From: Dipteris shenzhenensis
Lineage: Eukaryota
Direction: 5' to 3' (one strand)
Length of the DNA: 64,000 bases
Assembly: GCA_047967505.1 (NCBI GenBank)
Contig: CM106538.1
In this document: positions 37,555 to 50,048 of the stretch, one piece after another
Layout: each line of letters opens with the position of its first letter
Numbering within the stretch: position 1 is the stretch's first letter
Translations under genes and position numbers: made by a program
The notes under the pieces: model-generated
Database searches by the model: none
Seen by the model: only the letters and a program-made list of their open reading frames with translations
What the model was told of the DNA's origin: nothing

Positions 37555-39656
37555 GATAGGAGACCGATGTACTTCAAAATAAAATGAGAACCTTAATTAT
37601 AACCCCCCTCCACCTGTGTGTGCATGACCTGCAAAATTTAGATTGCCAATTTGTGCATAACTGGTGAGTTTAAATTTAATCATTATAATAAAAATTTGTA
37701 TGCATGACTCATGGGTTTGAGTTTAACCATAATAAACACAAACTCTTCCCAAATTAATACACAATTCTAATACACAAATATAAAATTTTGAAAAAAAATA
37801 AAAATACATTCTAAGACACTTTACACTTTATTAAATTCAAATACTATAAACACATATACTAGTATTCAAAATGCAAGAAGTTACAGCACGAAGATAAAAA
37901 TTTGAGAATTTAAAAAATATATATATTATAGTACTTTATTAAATTCAAATAGTATAGATGCATATACTAGTATTCAAAATGCATTGAAAGAGTAACATTA
38001 TAGTTTATAAACATAATTGTCCAAGAGTAGCTTTATAATAAAATCGGATTAATAAAACTGAGGCATCCTCTCAACTGCAGGCTGCAAACATGCATGGGGT
38101 TGAGTGTTAAATCTTGCTAGTCGATTATTCATCTCGGCCAGTGTCATTCTATTTTGTTTTTCCACAAACATATAGTTAGTTGCATTGAAATAAATCTGCT
38201 GCAACTTGCCACTCCATGCTGACTGTTTTGTGTAATCCTCTTTGAAGTAGTATTCCTTACACTCCTTATAAAAATTAATAACCTCTTTAATCATGTATCC
38301 CATGGCAAACACATCTAATTCTTTGCTCCTTGCTCATCTTACTTATCCCTATACAAAGATGCCGCCTAATGACTTTGAGCCAATTTTTCCTTTGCTCTGG
38401 TTGCATCTTTTCACAAAAGGATTTCTGGCAAAACATGCATGAAAAAACCAAGTATTGAGAGAGAATCTAAAATATATTCATATTTTAAATAATCAATGAA
38501 CACAAAGTTAATTACAATAAAGAACACAACGAACTCCATTCTTATGAAATTTGCATCATGATTACATGGGCCTACCATTTGAGTGTGTGGAGAAGTGTGT
38601 GTTAGACACTAGATAATCAACATTGGAAGAGTATTTCAAATAATATCCAATGGTTGATGACCCACAATTGATTAAAGATAAGATTCAACTTAGAATCCTT
38701 ATACATAAGCAGCTTTCAAAGACCCCATGGATAGGCATTAATCAAAGACACAAATATCATTGGCTCTAGCATTGTTACCTTAGATGTATGAGCATGAATC
38801 TCAGATGTATATTTATTGGAAAGTTTACAACCTCTACACACTAGCATTTATGCAATGGTCCCCTATATTCTACACAAAATATTTCCAAAGAGGACAACAA
38901 CATCAAAAGTCGAATAAACGCGACCAAGTGTTGAAGCCGAAACTATCATACAACACTGATAACCTACAACAACACTGAAAGCCAAATAAATGACCATGTG
39001 TCGAAGTTTAAACATTTGTTTTATGAAATAAGCTACGACAACACTGAAAGCCGAATAAACGACCTAGTATTGAAGCCTAATTATTTTATAAATTATATAT
39101 CTAAGAAACAACACAAAAGTCGAATAAACGACAAAGTGTTGAATTCTATTACTCTTCTAAGGTTGAGAGACGACACATACAGTCGAATGATACGACCAAG
39201 TGTCGAGCTAGTTTCAAAACAATGAGAAGGAGTCCTGGTAACGACATCAAAGGTTGAATATTACAACCAAATGTCGAAATGCAGACTTACTTACTTAACC
39301 GCACATATAATCGAGTAATACGATCCAATGCGGAAAGATAAGCACCATGCAAATGCATGGCCCAAGTAATTGACTCAAATATTACATTACAAATCAGATG
39401 ATGGACGTATTATGTCGAAAGGCTATATACGACACTACGTCGATATCTAATAGTCATGTAATATCAAGAATAAAGAAGTTATGACATTGACATACTATAT
39501 GAAAAGACGACACTACATCGAACATACGTGAAGAAGAAACCCCCCCCCAAAAAAAAGCTTATCAACTTATCGAAAATTTGCCAACAGATGGGTTATTAAG
39601 CAAAGAAAGAAAAGCTATCATACCTTTATTTCAATTATAGTTTTGATTTTGGATTG

Positions 39657-40211
39657 CTAACTAGGCACAAAGGGAACAGAGAGTCTCCTTGGTGACCTGC
39701 ACAAATCCAAGGGACAATTAATAGAAATCCTCTTAGTAGAAGGCAAGCTATAAACTCCAATTGAAAACTCCAGTTGAGTCGTTCCCAAAACTGCCTTTTC
39801 GAGATGCAGTGCCTTATGAACAAACTTATTAGAGAGCTTGTGCTGTTTTGAAGCGGCATGACATCGTATTGCACTAAGCTGAATATTCACCGATCCAATA
39901 GTGCCAAATTCACTGCGACATTTTCTCATTTTTTGGCATGTTGTATAAAAAATACGCCCAAGCTTTTTGTCAAAGAATGCCCATTCAAAAGAAATAGCCC
40001 AAGAATCATTCCAAGCCAAACAAGCATTTTTAATTCTTAAGACATCATTTTCTTCACCCGGTCCTGGTATCTCTTGTAGATCTGAGTCGCATGTCACATG
40101 AGATGATGATGCTACATCAGACAAGGATTTTCTCACACTCTTTCTTTTCACGGGAGGGATCAATCTGGCCATTCCAGGAAAAGCAAAAAGAGTTGTTTGT
40201 CTTTGAGTCAT
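39657..40211 (-). CDS. Second ORF of the transposon, with a degenerate TTF/C17orf113-type zinc finger
   Basis: WNDSWAISFEWAFFD..GRIFYTTCQK...F..GS.NIQLSAIRCHAASKQH fits W..W...F.W....C..C...H.S..H, with the first Cys replaced by Tyr. Probably a pseudogene. Confidence 0.55.
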   Translation of the reverse strand: MTQRQTTLFAFPGMARLIPPVKRKSVRKSLSDVASSSHVTCDSDLQEIPGPGEENDVLRIKNACLAWNDSWAISFEWAFFDKKLGRIFYTTCQKMRKCRSEFGTIGSVNIQLSAIRCHAASKQHKLSNKFVHKALHLEKAVLGTTQLEFSIGVYSLPSTKRISINCPLDLCRSPRRLSVPFVPS

Positions 40212-41469
40212 GGTTGGGCGTAAATCTGTAAAATATTGCAGTGCAATGACTACTTAGATGCTTGCAAAATTCGGGTCAAACAACAAGCAGTTGAAAGTTG
40301 AATCAATAATTCTACATTTACTATTTAGCATAAAGTTCATGCAGGTCAAAGAATAGATTCAAGCTCTCAAAAAAAACAAATGCAGCAATCAGGTTGCAAT
40401 CATATGAGGTAAAAAGGAAGCAAAGATGGCCTAAGAAAACAACAGACCTGATACTGAAGAAAAAAACATCATAATAAGTACAAAAAACTTGCCTGGCACC
40501 TGACTAGAACTCGGGCTGAAGCTTTACGAGAAAGAAGGAGCTACCCCAAAGCAACCGTCACTGCACAAATGAAAGACAACACATAAGAAACCCCCTTTTA
40601 GAGAAACCAAGAAAGTAGTTGGAAGAATTTATAGTACCTGTATATCCAATAATGCAAAAATAGCATTACAAAGCTAAAGTATAGCAAATACATGTTTTAT
40701 TATATGTGTTGGCAGCCTGCTAATAACATGGATAAGGATGCCTCCATGGCCAATGCTTATGTGGTAGCAAGACTACCACATTGACGTGGGTGGGTGATCT
40801 GCCATGTGGCAGATAAGGTATCCACAATGTCTCGGCCAATCGCGCGACCTACATCTAGAGACGGGGCGCTGGTCCATCACTACCAGTGTGTTGTTGCAGG
40901 TTGTTGCAGCGTGTATGAGAGCTCGTCTAGCCATGTAGTCAAGGCTGTCTTGGAGTTGGCAGGAGCCATCATTGGTGCCCGTGAAGGAGCTCGTTTGTGA
41001 GCTGAGAGGCAGCTATAGAGAGTCATAGGAGGCTGGTCATCGTTGGAGACAGTGGCTTCTACGAGTAGCTTGACTGCATGGAGGAGCCGTTGTGTGGTGT
41101 TGGGCCATCGTGATGGCTATTGAAGCTCATTCATTGGTCGTTGGCTAGGGAGGCGCTTTGGAGCTCGATAGAGCTCACAGTCGTGTCATGATGGCTATTG
41201 AAGATGGACTAGAGGAGGCACTTTGGAGCTCGACGGAAACAGAGCTCGAACGTCCTCGGTGTGCCGATGCTATCCAAGCAATTGTCGAGTAGCTACGCGA
41301 AAACCCAAATGGCAGAGATGAGGAGTTCTTCCAATTGCATCAGTGCGCTCATGAAACATCCGAATCTCAGCTAGTGTGCTCATCAAACATCCGACACTCA
41401 GCTACTGTGCACACAGGAACAGAGAAACATCCAAATCTGAGCTACTGAGGACAGACAGAGAGCGCGAAC

Positions 41470-41853
41470 CTAAGAGACATCACGGCTGCAGCCACCGACA
41501 CTCCGGCTATGGAGTTGAGATTGGGAAGCTGCGAGAGGAGAAGTTGAGAGGAGCCGAAAATGACAATCCAGACAGACAATCCCAAGCTCTGGCAGCTGCT
41601 GCAAACCAAGGTATGGAAGTTGCGAAGGCATGTTCCACCGGTGACCATGTAAACAATGTCTACTCCAACTTCGACCAGCAATTGCTGGGGGACGACGATC
41701 CACAAGCCGAGCTCTCGACCAAATGCATACTGTCCTAGCTCGTGGTATCGATCAAAACGCTTCCCAGGCACCATTTCATGCATCTCTACCATTTTCCATA
41801 GCGTGTACAACGTAATCACCCAGGAGAAGATAAGCACCACCACTCCTAGTCCC
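41470..41853 (-). pseudogene. LHT: Captured single exon of a lysine/histidine transporter (AAAP family, LHT1-like)
   Basis: GLGVVVLIFSWVITLYTLWKMVEMHEMVPGKRFDRYHELGQYAFG..LGLWIVVPQQLLVEVGVDIVYMVTGG...LSQLPNLNSIAGVSVAAAVMSL. It is 384 bp, bounded by ttcag| and |gt. I recognised no other LHT exon in the window. Confidence 0.92.
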
Positions 41854-44289
41854 CTGAAATCAGCTCGCGCATTGATTATTGAATTGATGAAAGCTCAAAT
41901 TTTTTTGCAAATTGTGACCAGATACATCGATGATTTCGCAATCCAGCCTGGAGCCCTTGCCATTGTCGCAGATGCATGTCGAGGAGGTGTTGACGTTGAG
42001 ATGGAGCTTCACAGGACAGCCAACAGGGACTAGCGTCGATGGACAAAACACAACGGGAATCGAGCGACGCTCCTTCAGAACACCCAGTCGATGCACAAAA
42101 CACAAACATAGCCAACGGGTTGCAGCACCAACCTATACCTTGTGTAGATCTCTGCATAGATCTCTGCAGCAATCAAACTCCATCGACGACCTCCACGGGC
42201 TCCTACCAGTGATTGCTGCAAGTCCTGAGCCTCATGTGTAGGCAGCTGCCCTGACCCTGACTTGGGTGCAGTCCGTGTAGTAGTGCTCGGCACCCAGTAA
42301 TGCTGGATGAGAGTAGAGACTGTGAAGGGGAGGTTGTAGGAGCTACAAAACACAAGAGAGAGAGAGGGGTCGGCAGGGAGGGGGGGTTGAGCAGGGAAGC
42401 AAAAGAGGGAGGAGGAGGTTATGAATTGAGGCAAATTGTACACTAATGAAAGAAGAGGAGACTAAGCCAAACCTGGCAATGCCTTATAGGTTAGAAGGGA
42501 GATGAGGTTATCTTGATCCTCCTCCACAAACCATAATTCATTCAACTAAAACCCATATATCTAAAGCTATATAAATTTTACGTTTTTATATATGAAAACA
42601 TGCACACTTTAAAAACCTGCATTTATATTCTAGTCGACCAAAAAACAGGCATGTTTTATGAATGAAAAGCCATAAAATTTGCATTTTTAATCTTCCAAGT
42701 GTAATACCTATGAAACACTTACAAGAACAATTTCCATAAACCTGCAAGTAGAAAAAAGTCAGGTGAAACCTAAAACTTTGTAGTTTCATTGTAAGGCTTT
42801 GCAAGTTTTTGGGGAACACTGCAATGGATGCTAGGGCCTAGCCAAAGAAATGAAACTTTGTGACCGATGATGCCAAATAGATTCTGAACACAAGAGTCGC
42901 ATTATCATTGGTGTAGAGACAATAAAGGGAAGAGGATGGAGATGCAGTAGGCATTTAGCAAATATAGATTCCAACCCATAAGATCCATAGCTTATAATGG
43001 GTGGAATCCATAGTTTCCACACACACTAAATATTTGTGAAAATTATTTTTCCCTTTCATAGGCATATAACCATGGTGGATGCCCTTTGGCCTCCTTTGCC
43101 CCACTCTCTCCTAGTCCTCCTAGCAACACCTTGTGCCTCCCCTTGCCTTGTGGAAATAGTAGCCCTCCTGGCGAGCATTTTCTCTTTGCCTTACACTGAT
43201 CTCTGCTCATCCATTGCTTCAACTCGCCTAGCCATGTGGTTGCCCTCCTATCCACCAAGACTCCTAGCTATGGTGAAAGGGAGGTGGCTCAACGGGTTTC
43301 CTTGTGCCCCCCTCAACCCTGTGTACATTAGGTTAGCTACTTCTTGTTAAATTATGCTAGGTTTCATTATTACTGTACATTGTGTTAATTGGATGTATGA
43401 CTATAATATAACTGTATTTAGGACCTATGCTCCAACGCCATGCTAACACCTATGTACAACCACATCCATGACAACTTGGGGAAATTTTAGCATTGTCCTT
43501 CTAATAACTAATCCACCACTAGATGCCGCAAACAACAAGATGCCATTTCTAGGCATTTTTAGGCATTGTGTAGCATATGCTGCAAACAACAAGATGACAT
43601 TTCTAGGCATTGTATAGCGTATATAATACCTCAAGAAAAGATACGGTCTAAGGAAGCTAGAAAGGGTCTTCTTTAATCTTTGAAGATACCATACATAAGA
43701 GCCTTCTTTAGCTCTCAATGTAGCAGACACAAGGGCTTATGTTCTCCTAACCTACAAATAGCTTTATTCTTTCATTTACTTTGAATTCATCATTTTTACC
43801 ATATTCTAGTTCAAACTGTCACTGGTAGTGATGCTCATGGTACTTGTTGATCTACAACTCTAGGCACAAGTGCATAAAAAACCCTCAAACATAATAGGAT
43901 TCTCACTCAATAATAAATTCTCATTTTGCTTTTAATCCCTTGTTGCTATATGGATCCTATATTTTCCCAAGTGGGAGAATCCTTTTGAATAGGGCTATCT
44001 AAAAATAAATACCTTACTTCTTTACTCTCACAGGTTTTATCCAATGGATTTAATTATAGGAGTGGCTCTCCACTATCTATCCTTTTTTAAATAATAGATC
44101 AATTGTTTGAGAGCCAGAAGGATATTTACAAAGGCAGTGCTAAATAGACTGAGTAGAACTTAAGAAAATCAAGTATAAGAGGCATCAACTTCAAAATACT
44201 CCTCCACCATTGATTCAATGCAATCCCTCTGTGGATAGAAAGAAAAAAAAAGAGAATGACAAGATTTAAAAACTTCAAAAAATAAATTC

Positions 44290-44535
44290 AAGCATTCTAA
44301 TCTCATCCTAATGAAAAGGCCAAAAAAGAGCAATAAAGAGAGAAAATTATAGCATCATAACCTCATCCTAATGCAAAGGCCAAAAAGAGCAATAAACTCG
44401 CAATAAAGAGAGAAAAGTTTTTATAATTCTCTAGAATTCAAGAAAGCATAGTATCCTTATCTCATCCTAATGCAAAGGCCAAAAAGAGCAATAAAGAGAG
44501 AAAAGATTTTTAGAATTCTCTAGAATTCAAGAAAA
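44290..44535. repeat. Subterminal tandem repeat CTCATCCTAATGCAAAGGCCAAAAAGAGCAATAAA (3 copies)
   Basis: Copies at ~44302, 44362 and 44461. Confidence 0.8.
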
Positions 44536-44805
44536 TGCAAGAGGAGCGCTTACTCATTTCAAAAGGAAAATGCCAGTACTAGCATTTCAAAATGTCCCAT
44601 GACATAAGCCACTCTACGCAAATATCCATGTCACATGTTGCAAGCTTCTAGATAATTTTTAATATAAAATGCCCTTCTGTATATTAACCTTTGGGTATTA
44701 AATTACTTCCTTATGTATATATAATTATGTAAGTAATTGAATTAATAAAAACCCATCTGTTGAACTCACGTGATAGGGTTACATATGACAAGTGACCCCC
44801 CCGAG

Positions 44806-44876
44806 CTTACACTCATGCAAGTTTGCATGGCCATCTGACACTTGACTATGGTCCACATATGTACTTTTCATGCACG
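44806..44876 (+). repeat. Continuation of the ~180-bp satellite unit interrupted by the transposon
   Basis: CTTACACTCATGCAAGTTTGCATGGCCATCTGACACTTGAC...GGTCCACATATG continues the unit broken at 32636. Confidence 0.85.
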
Positions 44877-46237
44877 AGGTATAAGAGCACACACGATTTT
44901 TTTTCATGGGTAGCTTGAAGTTTTGACATGCTAACTAACCCTCAATCATTGCACTCTACAACATGCATGAGTTCCCATATTTTCAATTTGAGAGTCCATC
45001 TTGGATAATATTATATAACACCCATTGGAGCTACTAAAAAATAAGCAATATGTTTGTGATCAAAATGTGTTTCTCAAAATTTCCTTTTCAATTGAAATGG
45101 AATTTGAAGAGAGATGACACAACCTAGGCATCAAGAGGATTCAAATCATGTTTTTACATGCATCGCCTGCATTAAGCAAAGGGTTGTTTTTCTTTAAAAT
45201 CCTACTTGTGCACTATTTAGTACTTTATGGATATTAGGAGTTTAGGATTCAAAATATATGGAATAGGAGGGAATAGAGTTCTTTTTATTTTAATAATATG
45301 GAATAGGGGAAAATATGGATCAAGCTTTCCCCTACATTGGGTGTGAGGCCTAATTTGATAGGCACATTTTACATAGGGCCATGAGATGGGGAATTTATAC
45401 CCATTTAGTCAAGAAAATTTTCAAGGTATTTGGTCCTCATGTCTCACAAATCATTTCAAGGATGCACATGATAATTAGTAAACAAGCACCTATCATGGAC
45501 ACCATTGTGAAGAATGACTCAAACACCAAACCTCACATGTAGTTCCATTTATAAAAAACAACGTAAATATAAATAAAATCTTGTTCAAATCGATGAGGAC
45601 GGAGAAGTCCTCATATGCGACAATTAAAAAGTTAATGGATGCTCAATCAAAGAACTGTGTGGACAGAAGCAAAATGTGAAAGAACCTTGCAAGTGCTAGT
45701 CCAATTACTGGAAAATTTCTCATGGATGCTAGATGGAACATCCATAGTGGAAGAGATTACACCCACTAAAAAAATTTATCCATCAATCACCCCACTAAAT
45801 GTGAAGGAATATGCATTCCAATGGAGCGTATATAATCTTGCTCAACCAAGAAACATGGTCAATCCTACTACTTTTTTCTCTTTTCAATCACAAACACTGA
45901 GTCATTAAAAAAAATAACAAAATCATGCAAACCAAAACTAACAAGTGAGGAAAAGAGTTATAGAAGTTAGATAAATTCTTAAAAGAATTGGAAGTCGATG
46001 AAGCATAATAGACACATAAATTAATGAAACAAAGAATAAATGTTAATAGGAAAATAATTGCCATATTATATAGTGGCTGATCAAAGGTTAGTAACTAAAT
46101 AACTTGCACATAGTTAATCATACCATTGTAAGCTACAAAAATTTAGGAAAATGAGACTATTAGGAGGGATTAAGTAATTTGTCAAGAAGAGATATGTACT
46201 ATCATCAAATGTTTCCAAGAGGAAAAGTATCATAACA

Positions 46238-46450
46238 AAGGTGCTTTCCAATCAGGGCTCATCCATTTGTTTTTTGGCTTTTCTTGCCAAATATGGTCTA
46301 AGCCTAAGTTTAGCTCCACCTACATAGGCAATCTGCATCTTATAATTGATAAAAGCTATATAACTAAGCTTTAGATTGACATTAATTCTAGCAGTTTTTT
46401 TGTCCACAGGGGTTTTCATGATCGATTCTTCCTGTAAGATAAGAAACTTT
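46238..46450. repeat. Diverged dispersed repeat of unknown class, copy A (copy B at 49832-50048)
   Basis: Shared blocks TGCCAAATATG, AAAAGCTATATAACTAAGCTTT and CATTAATTCTAGCAGTTTTTTTGTCC. Confidence 0.75.
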
Positions 46451-47834
46451 TTAGTGAAATAAATTAAAGGTATTAGAACCAAGAGACATAACTTGGCAAA
46501 AATAGAAAAAAGCACTAGAACAATGTTAGTTGAAAGGTTAGCAAATAATTAAAAATTGCATAGTAAGTGGTAGCAATGTAAAGAGATGTATGCCCTAACA
46601 AAGAACCGAAGTTCTAGAGGGTAGTAATATGTTCAAAGCTCCATCACTATAAGCAAAATGCTAACACAGGTAACAAAAGCAGGCTAGTGTGTCCTAGGAG
46701 TCGGCCATTGCGTACCCCAGCTGTAGCAAATGCCCCCAAATGAGCACACTATTGCATAGTAACATAGAAACAAATCTAAGGGGGGACTAAGCAAAGAGTA
46801 AGAACTAGGACCCATAGCACTCAAAAGCACATCTTAATATTGAATCAACTACTAAGGAGAGCAAATCTTAATAAGGAAGCAATTACTAAGGAGAGCACAT
46901 CTTACTAAGGAAGCAATTATAAATTACCTATGAAAATGTAGCCGCACGTATATATATATATATATAAGGCTTAAAGATTTTAAAGTAAACTAGGCTTAGC
47001 ATAAGATAATGTAAAAGCAATAAAGCAACTATGGAAGTAACAAAAACTATAGGCTAACGTTAAACGCGAAGTACAACCCAAGAAATCCGTCGCCCATAAA
47101 CTACATAGCAAACTATGTATAAACTAGATGGCAAACGTCTCTTCTTAGCATAAACTAAATACATCCCATAAAAAGCAGAGCAAGCGTAAAGCGTAAGAGG
47201 AAGGGACACTGCGTAGAAGATTGTGAAAGGGGAGAAGAGCAGTCATGCATTAACCTGGGAGAAAAGCTAATGACCATGAAGAGCTACACCGAAGGCAGAG
47301 TGGAGACATGCAAAATAGGCCTGCAACAAGTAAGTCAGCGGCTCAGCAAGATAAGCAAACAGAAGGTGAGTATAGGCAAGTACGCTAGATCCCGTAATTC
47401 TTCACAACGTATTAGCAAGCTACGATCCACTAAAGGAAAGTCCTCATGTACGTAAACAACTGTGACAAGCGTTACAGTAACAATGCATGCACACACCCGA
47501 AGCAAGACGTAGCAAAAGAAATCAAAGTCACCACACAACGGCAACAACGCAGATCTACAATCGACCAAAATTTTTGCCCAAAGTCGATATTCAGCGAAAA
47601 TGCTGGCCACCAATAAACAATGAGTCTTTAAGAGCAAGGGGATATCGAGGGCGGCGGGCGGGAAGATAGAGAGGAAAGGCAAGGCACCTGAGACGATGCC
47701 ATCACGTAGGAGTAGGCTAAGTCGTTGTTTGTGCTTAGAGGGGGATGGATTAGAGGAAAAGCTTAGGAAGATAGGGAGAAAAGATAGATCATAGAGGCAG
47801 CTAAAGTTGGATAGAGGTAACAGAGGGAGTATAA

Positions 47835-48214
47835 CGGCCTTAGCACATGGATGGGGCTAGCATGGCTTTAGGATGGGAATCTTTTTGTCAACATTACTCT
47901 CGTCCTAAGCCAAGTGGTCTAGGATGGGTTTAGGATCGGAATAGCCACTTTTTTTCCCATGGCCTCAAGACCCTGGGAGCCAGAATGGGATCCCCTTTTC
48001 TAGGGATTTGGAAGCATGGAATGATGGCATGTGTCCTTGTCCCCACCTCCTAAACACATGAAATGATGCCATGTGTGCTCTCCCACCTAACCCATCCCTA
48101 GTTCTTTCGAGCGTTACCACATGGTGGGAAGGGAATAGGAATGAAATACATTTGAACATGGTTAGGACCACTTTTTCCCATTCCCATCATATTTCCTCCC
48201 ATGTGCTAAGACCC
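47835..48214. mobile_element. PIF/Harbinger (Tourist-like) MITE, 380 bp
   Basis: TIR CGGCCTTAGCACATGG / CCATGTGCTAAGACCC; flanks TAA / CAA. Confidence 0.7.
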
Positions 48215-49302
48215 CAAGTAGTTGCGACAAAGGAGGATAGAGGCAACATAGGGAGTATATAGATAGTTTGCACATAGAATAATAATGGCATCGCCAAGTA
48301 GGTCTATCAACCTTATCCCATGCTTGAATTGAGGAAGTATAAGATCATATTGCAAGCCCACGATAAGGTTAAAGAGTCAAAGGGTAATTTAAGATCAAAA
48401 TGAAGACCATATTCACTCTTCAAAGCTTTGCGAGATAGCCATATAGATCTAAAAGCCAAAGCACACCTTTATCTAATACAATTGTGTGTTTGCTTTGAGC
48501 CCTTGGGACTCATAACCTTACAAGAAGTGCATAATACAGAGGATTTTTTAGTTTCAAAAATTGACAAGGCACCATATGTAAAGAATTAGGGTCGATAAAT
48601 TAAAGGTAAATACAAAAATGATCCAACCAAAAGAAGCTGCTAGTTATATTGATGGTTGAATATGGCACCATTCTCTGTATCAAGCACTGTTGATACCAAA
48701 TCCTCTAGGTAAGCTGCATCATATCAACACCACATGTTAATACAATGTGCATTGTATTAGTGGTGACAGTGTGTACGTGTATTAATGAAAACAAATAATA
48801 AGTATGTGTGTGTGTGTGTATGTGTGTGTGTGTGTGTGTGTGTGTAAATAATTCAGTATCCCATCATATAAATGAACCATAAATTTATTTCCAAGTAATA
48901 TTACCAATAATTGAAAAAATGAATATAGTTTAGAATCGATATATATATACTACAAACAATATATTGATCCTTGCTGAATTGCATAATAGAAAATTTTATT
49001 TAAAATTTGATGAAATTCAAAAGGTAGTCGTGCATTTGATAGCATTAATTATTCGAGGATGGAAGAACTATACCTGCCAACCAACCAGACAATAACGAAA
49101 GTTAGAACTTTACTGGTTATTGAATGGGTGCCAAGTATCCAAACATTCTTCCCTCGCTTGTCATTGCTTTCATGAATAATATACATCAAATATACAAGAA
49201 CCACAGCTAGTATATGTCATAGATCATGAGTAAAAAATATAGAGGAAAGGTTAGGAATATATTAGATGCAAAACAAACAAATTTGACTTATATGGAGAAG
49301 AC

Positions 49303-49685
49303 ATTTCCTAGCCTTCCATAAAGGAGGCATGATAAACGATAGAGGCAAGAAGCCTACCATGTAGGAGGTACATTAAATTAGAGGTTAGTGAAACAACTTC
49401 CTAGCCTGCTGTCATAAAGGAGGCATTACAAATAATGTAGTTGTTAGGTCTTCCATTAGAGGAGGCACAATAACTGTTAAGTCAAAAAAAATCCTTAATT
49501 GATCCTTATTGAATTTCCTAGCCTTCCATATAGGAGGGATGATGTAAGATGGAGGAAACAAGCCTACCATGTAGGAGGCACAATACTTTAGAGGGTAAGT
49601 GAAATAATTTTCAAGCCTACCATAAAGGAGGCATTACAGATAAAGTAATTGCTAAGCCTTCCATAGAGGAGGCACAACAAATGTT
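49303..49685. repeat. Eight hairpin motifs AGCCT(T/A)CCAT..AGGAGGC arranged as a duplicated 4-mer (period ~210 bp)
   Basis: Motifs at ~49310, 49351, 49403, 49446, 49520, 49561, 49614 and 49655. Confidence 0.85.
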
Positions 49686-49831
49686 AGAGATAAATTAGAG
49701 AAATTGATCAAAGTTAGAATTTCAATATAGGGGTGATTGCTTGTTATTTATGGAGAATAAGATCATTAGAGAAATATACAAGAAGAAATATATATACTCA
49801 AGGAACGTTGTCAATACACAAGTACTCTATC

Positions 49832-50048
49832 AAAGGTGCTTCCCGAACAAAGATCATTGACTTTTTTCTTGGCATTTCGTGCCAAATATGTTTGAAGTCT
49901 ATATTTAGCTTCTTCTTCATGGGCCTTCTGCATTTTATGATTGACAAAAGCTATATAACTAAGCTTTCACAATTAGCATTAATTCTAGCAGTTTTTTTGT
50001 CCCCTAGTGTTTTCATGCTCGATTCTTCTTGTAAAATAAGAAAAATTT
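49832..50048. repeat. Diverged dispersed repeat of unknown class, copy B
   Basis: See 46238-46450. Confidence 0.75.

Larger units (their letters stand above)
32637..44805 (-). mobile_element. Complete 12,169-bp P-superfamily-like DNA transposon carrying cargo
   Basis: Perfect 16-bp TIR CTCGGGGGGGTCACTT (32637-32652) and AAGTGACCCCCCCGAG (44790-44805). Perfect 8-bp TSD CTTACACT (32629-32636 and 44806-44813). Satellite sequence continues on both sides. Confidence 0.95.

Noticed and set aside
41442-41843. Functional LHT gene
   Set aside because: Only one internal exon is present and it lies inside a TIR/TSD-bounded element.
32637-44805. hAT classification based on the 8-bp TSD
   Set aside because: The transposase lacks hAT signatures (CxxH, TRWNS, C-terminal dimerisation ERxFS motif) and shows P-type DxxH and HTH motifs instead.
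49303-49685. CRISPR-like appearance (palindromic repeats with spacers); likewise 998-1700
   Set aside because: The context is eukaryotic, there are no cas genes, the repeats are short and variable, and the spacers are irregular and themselves duplicated.
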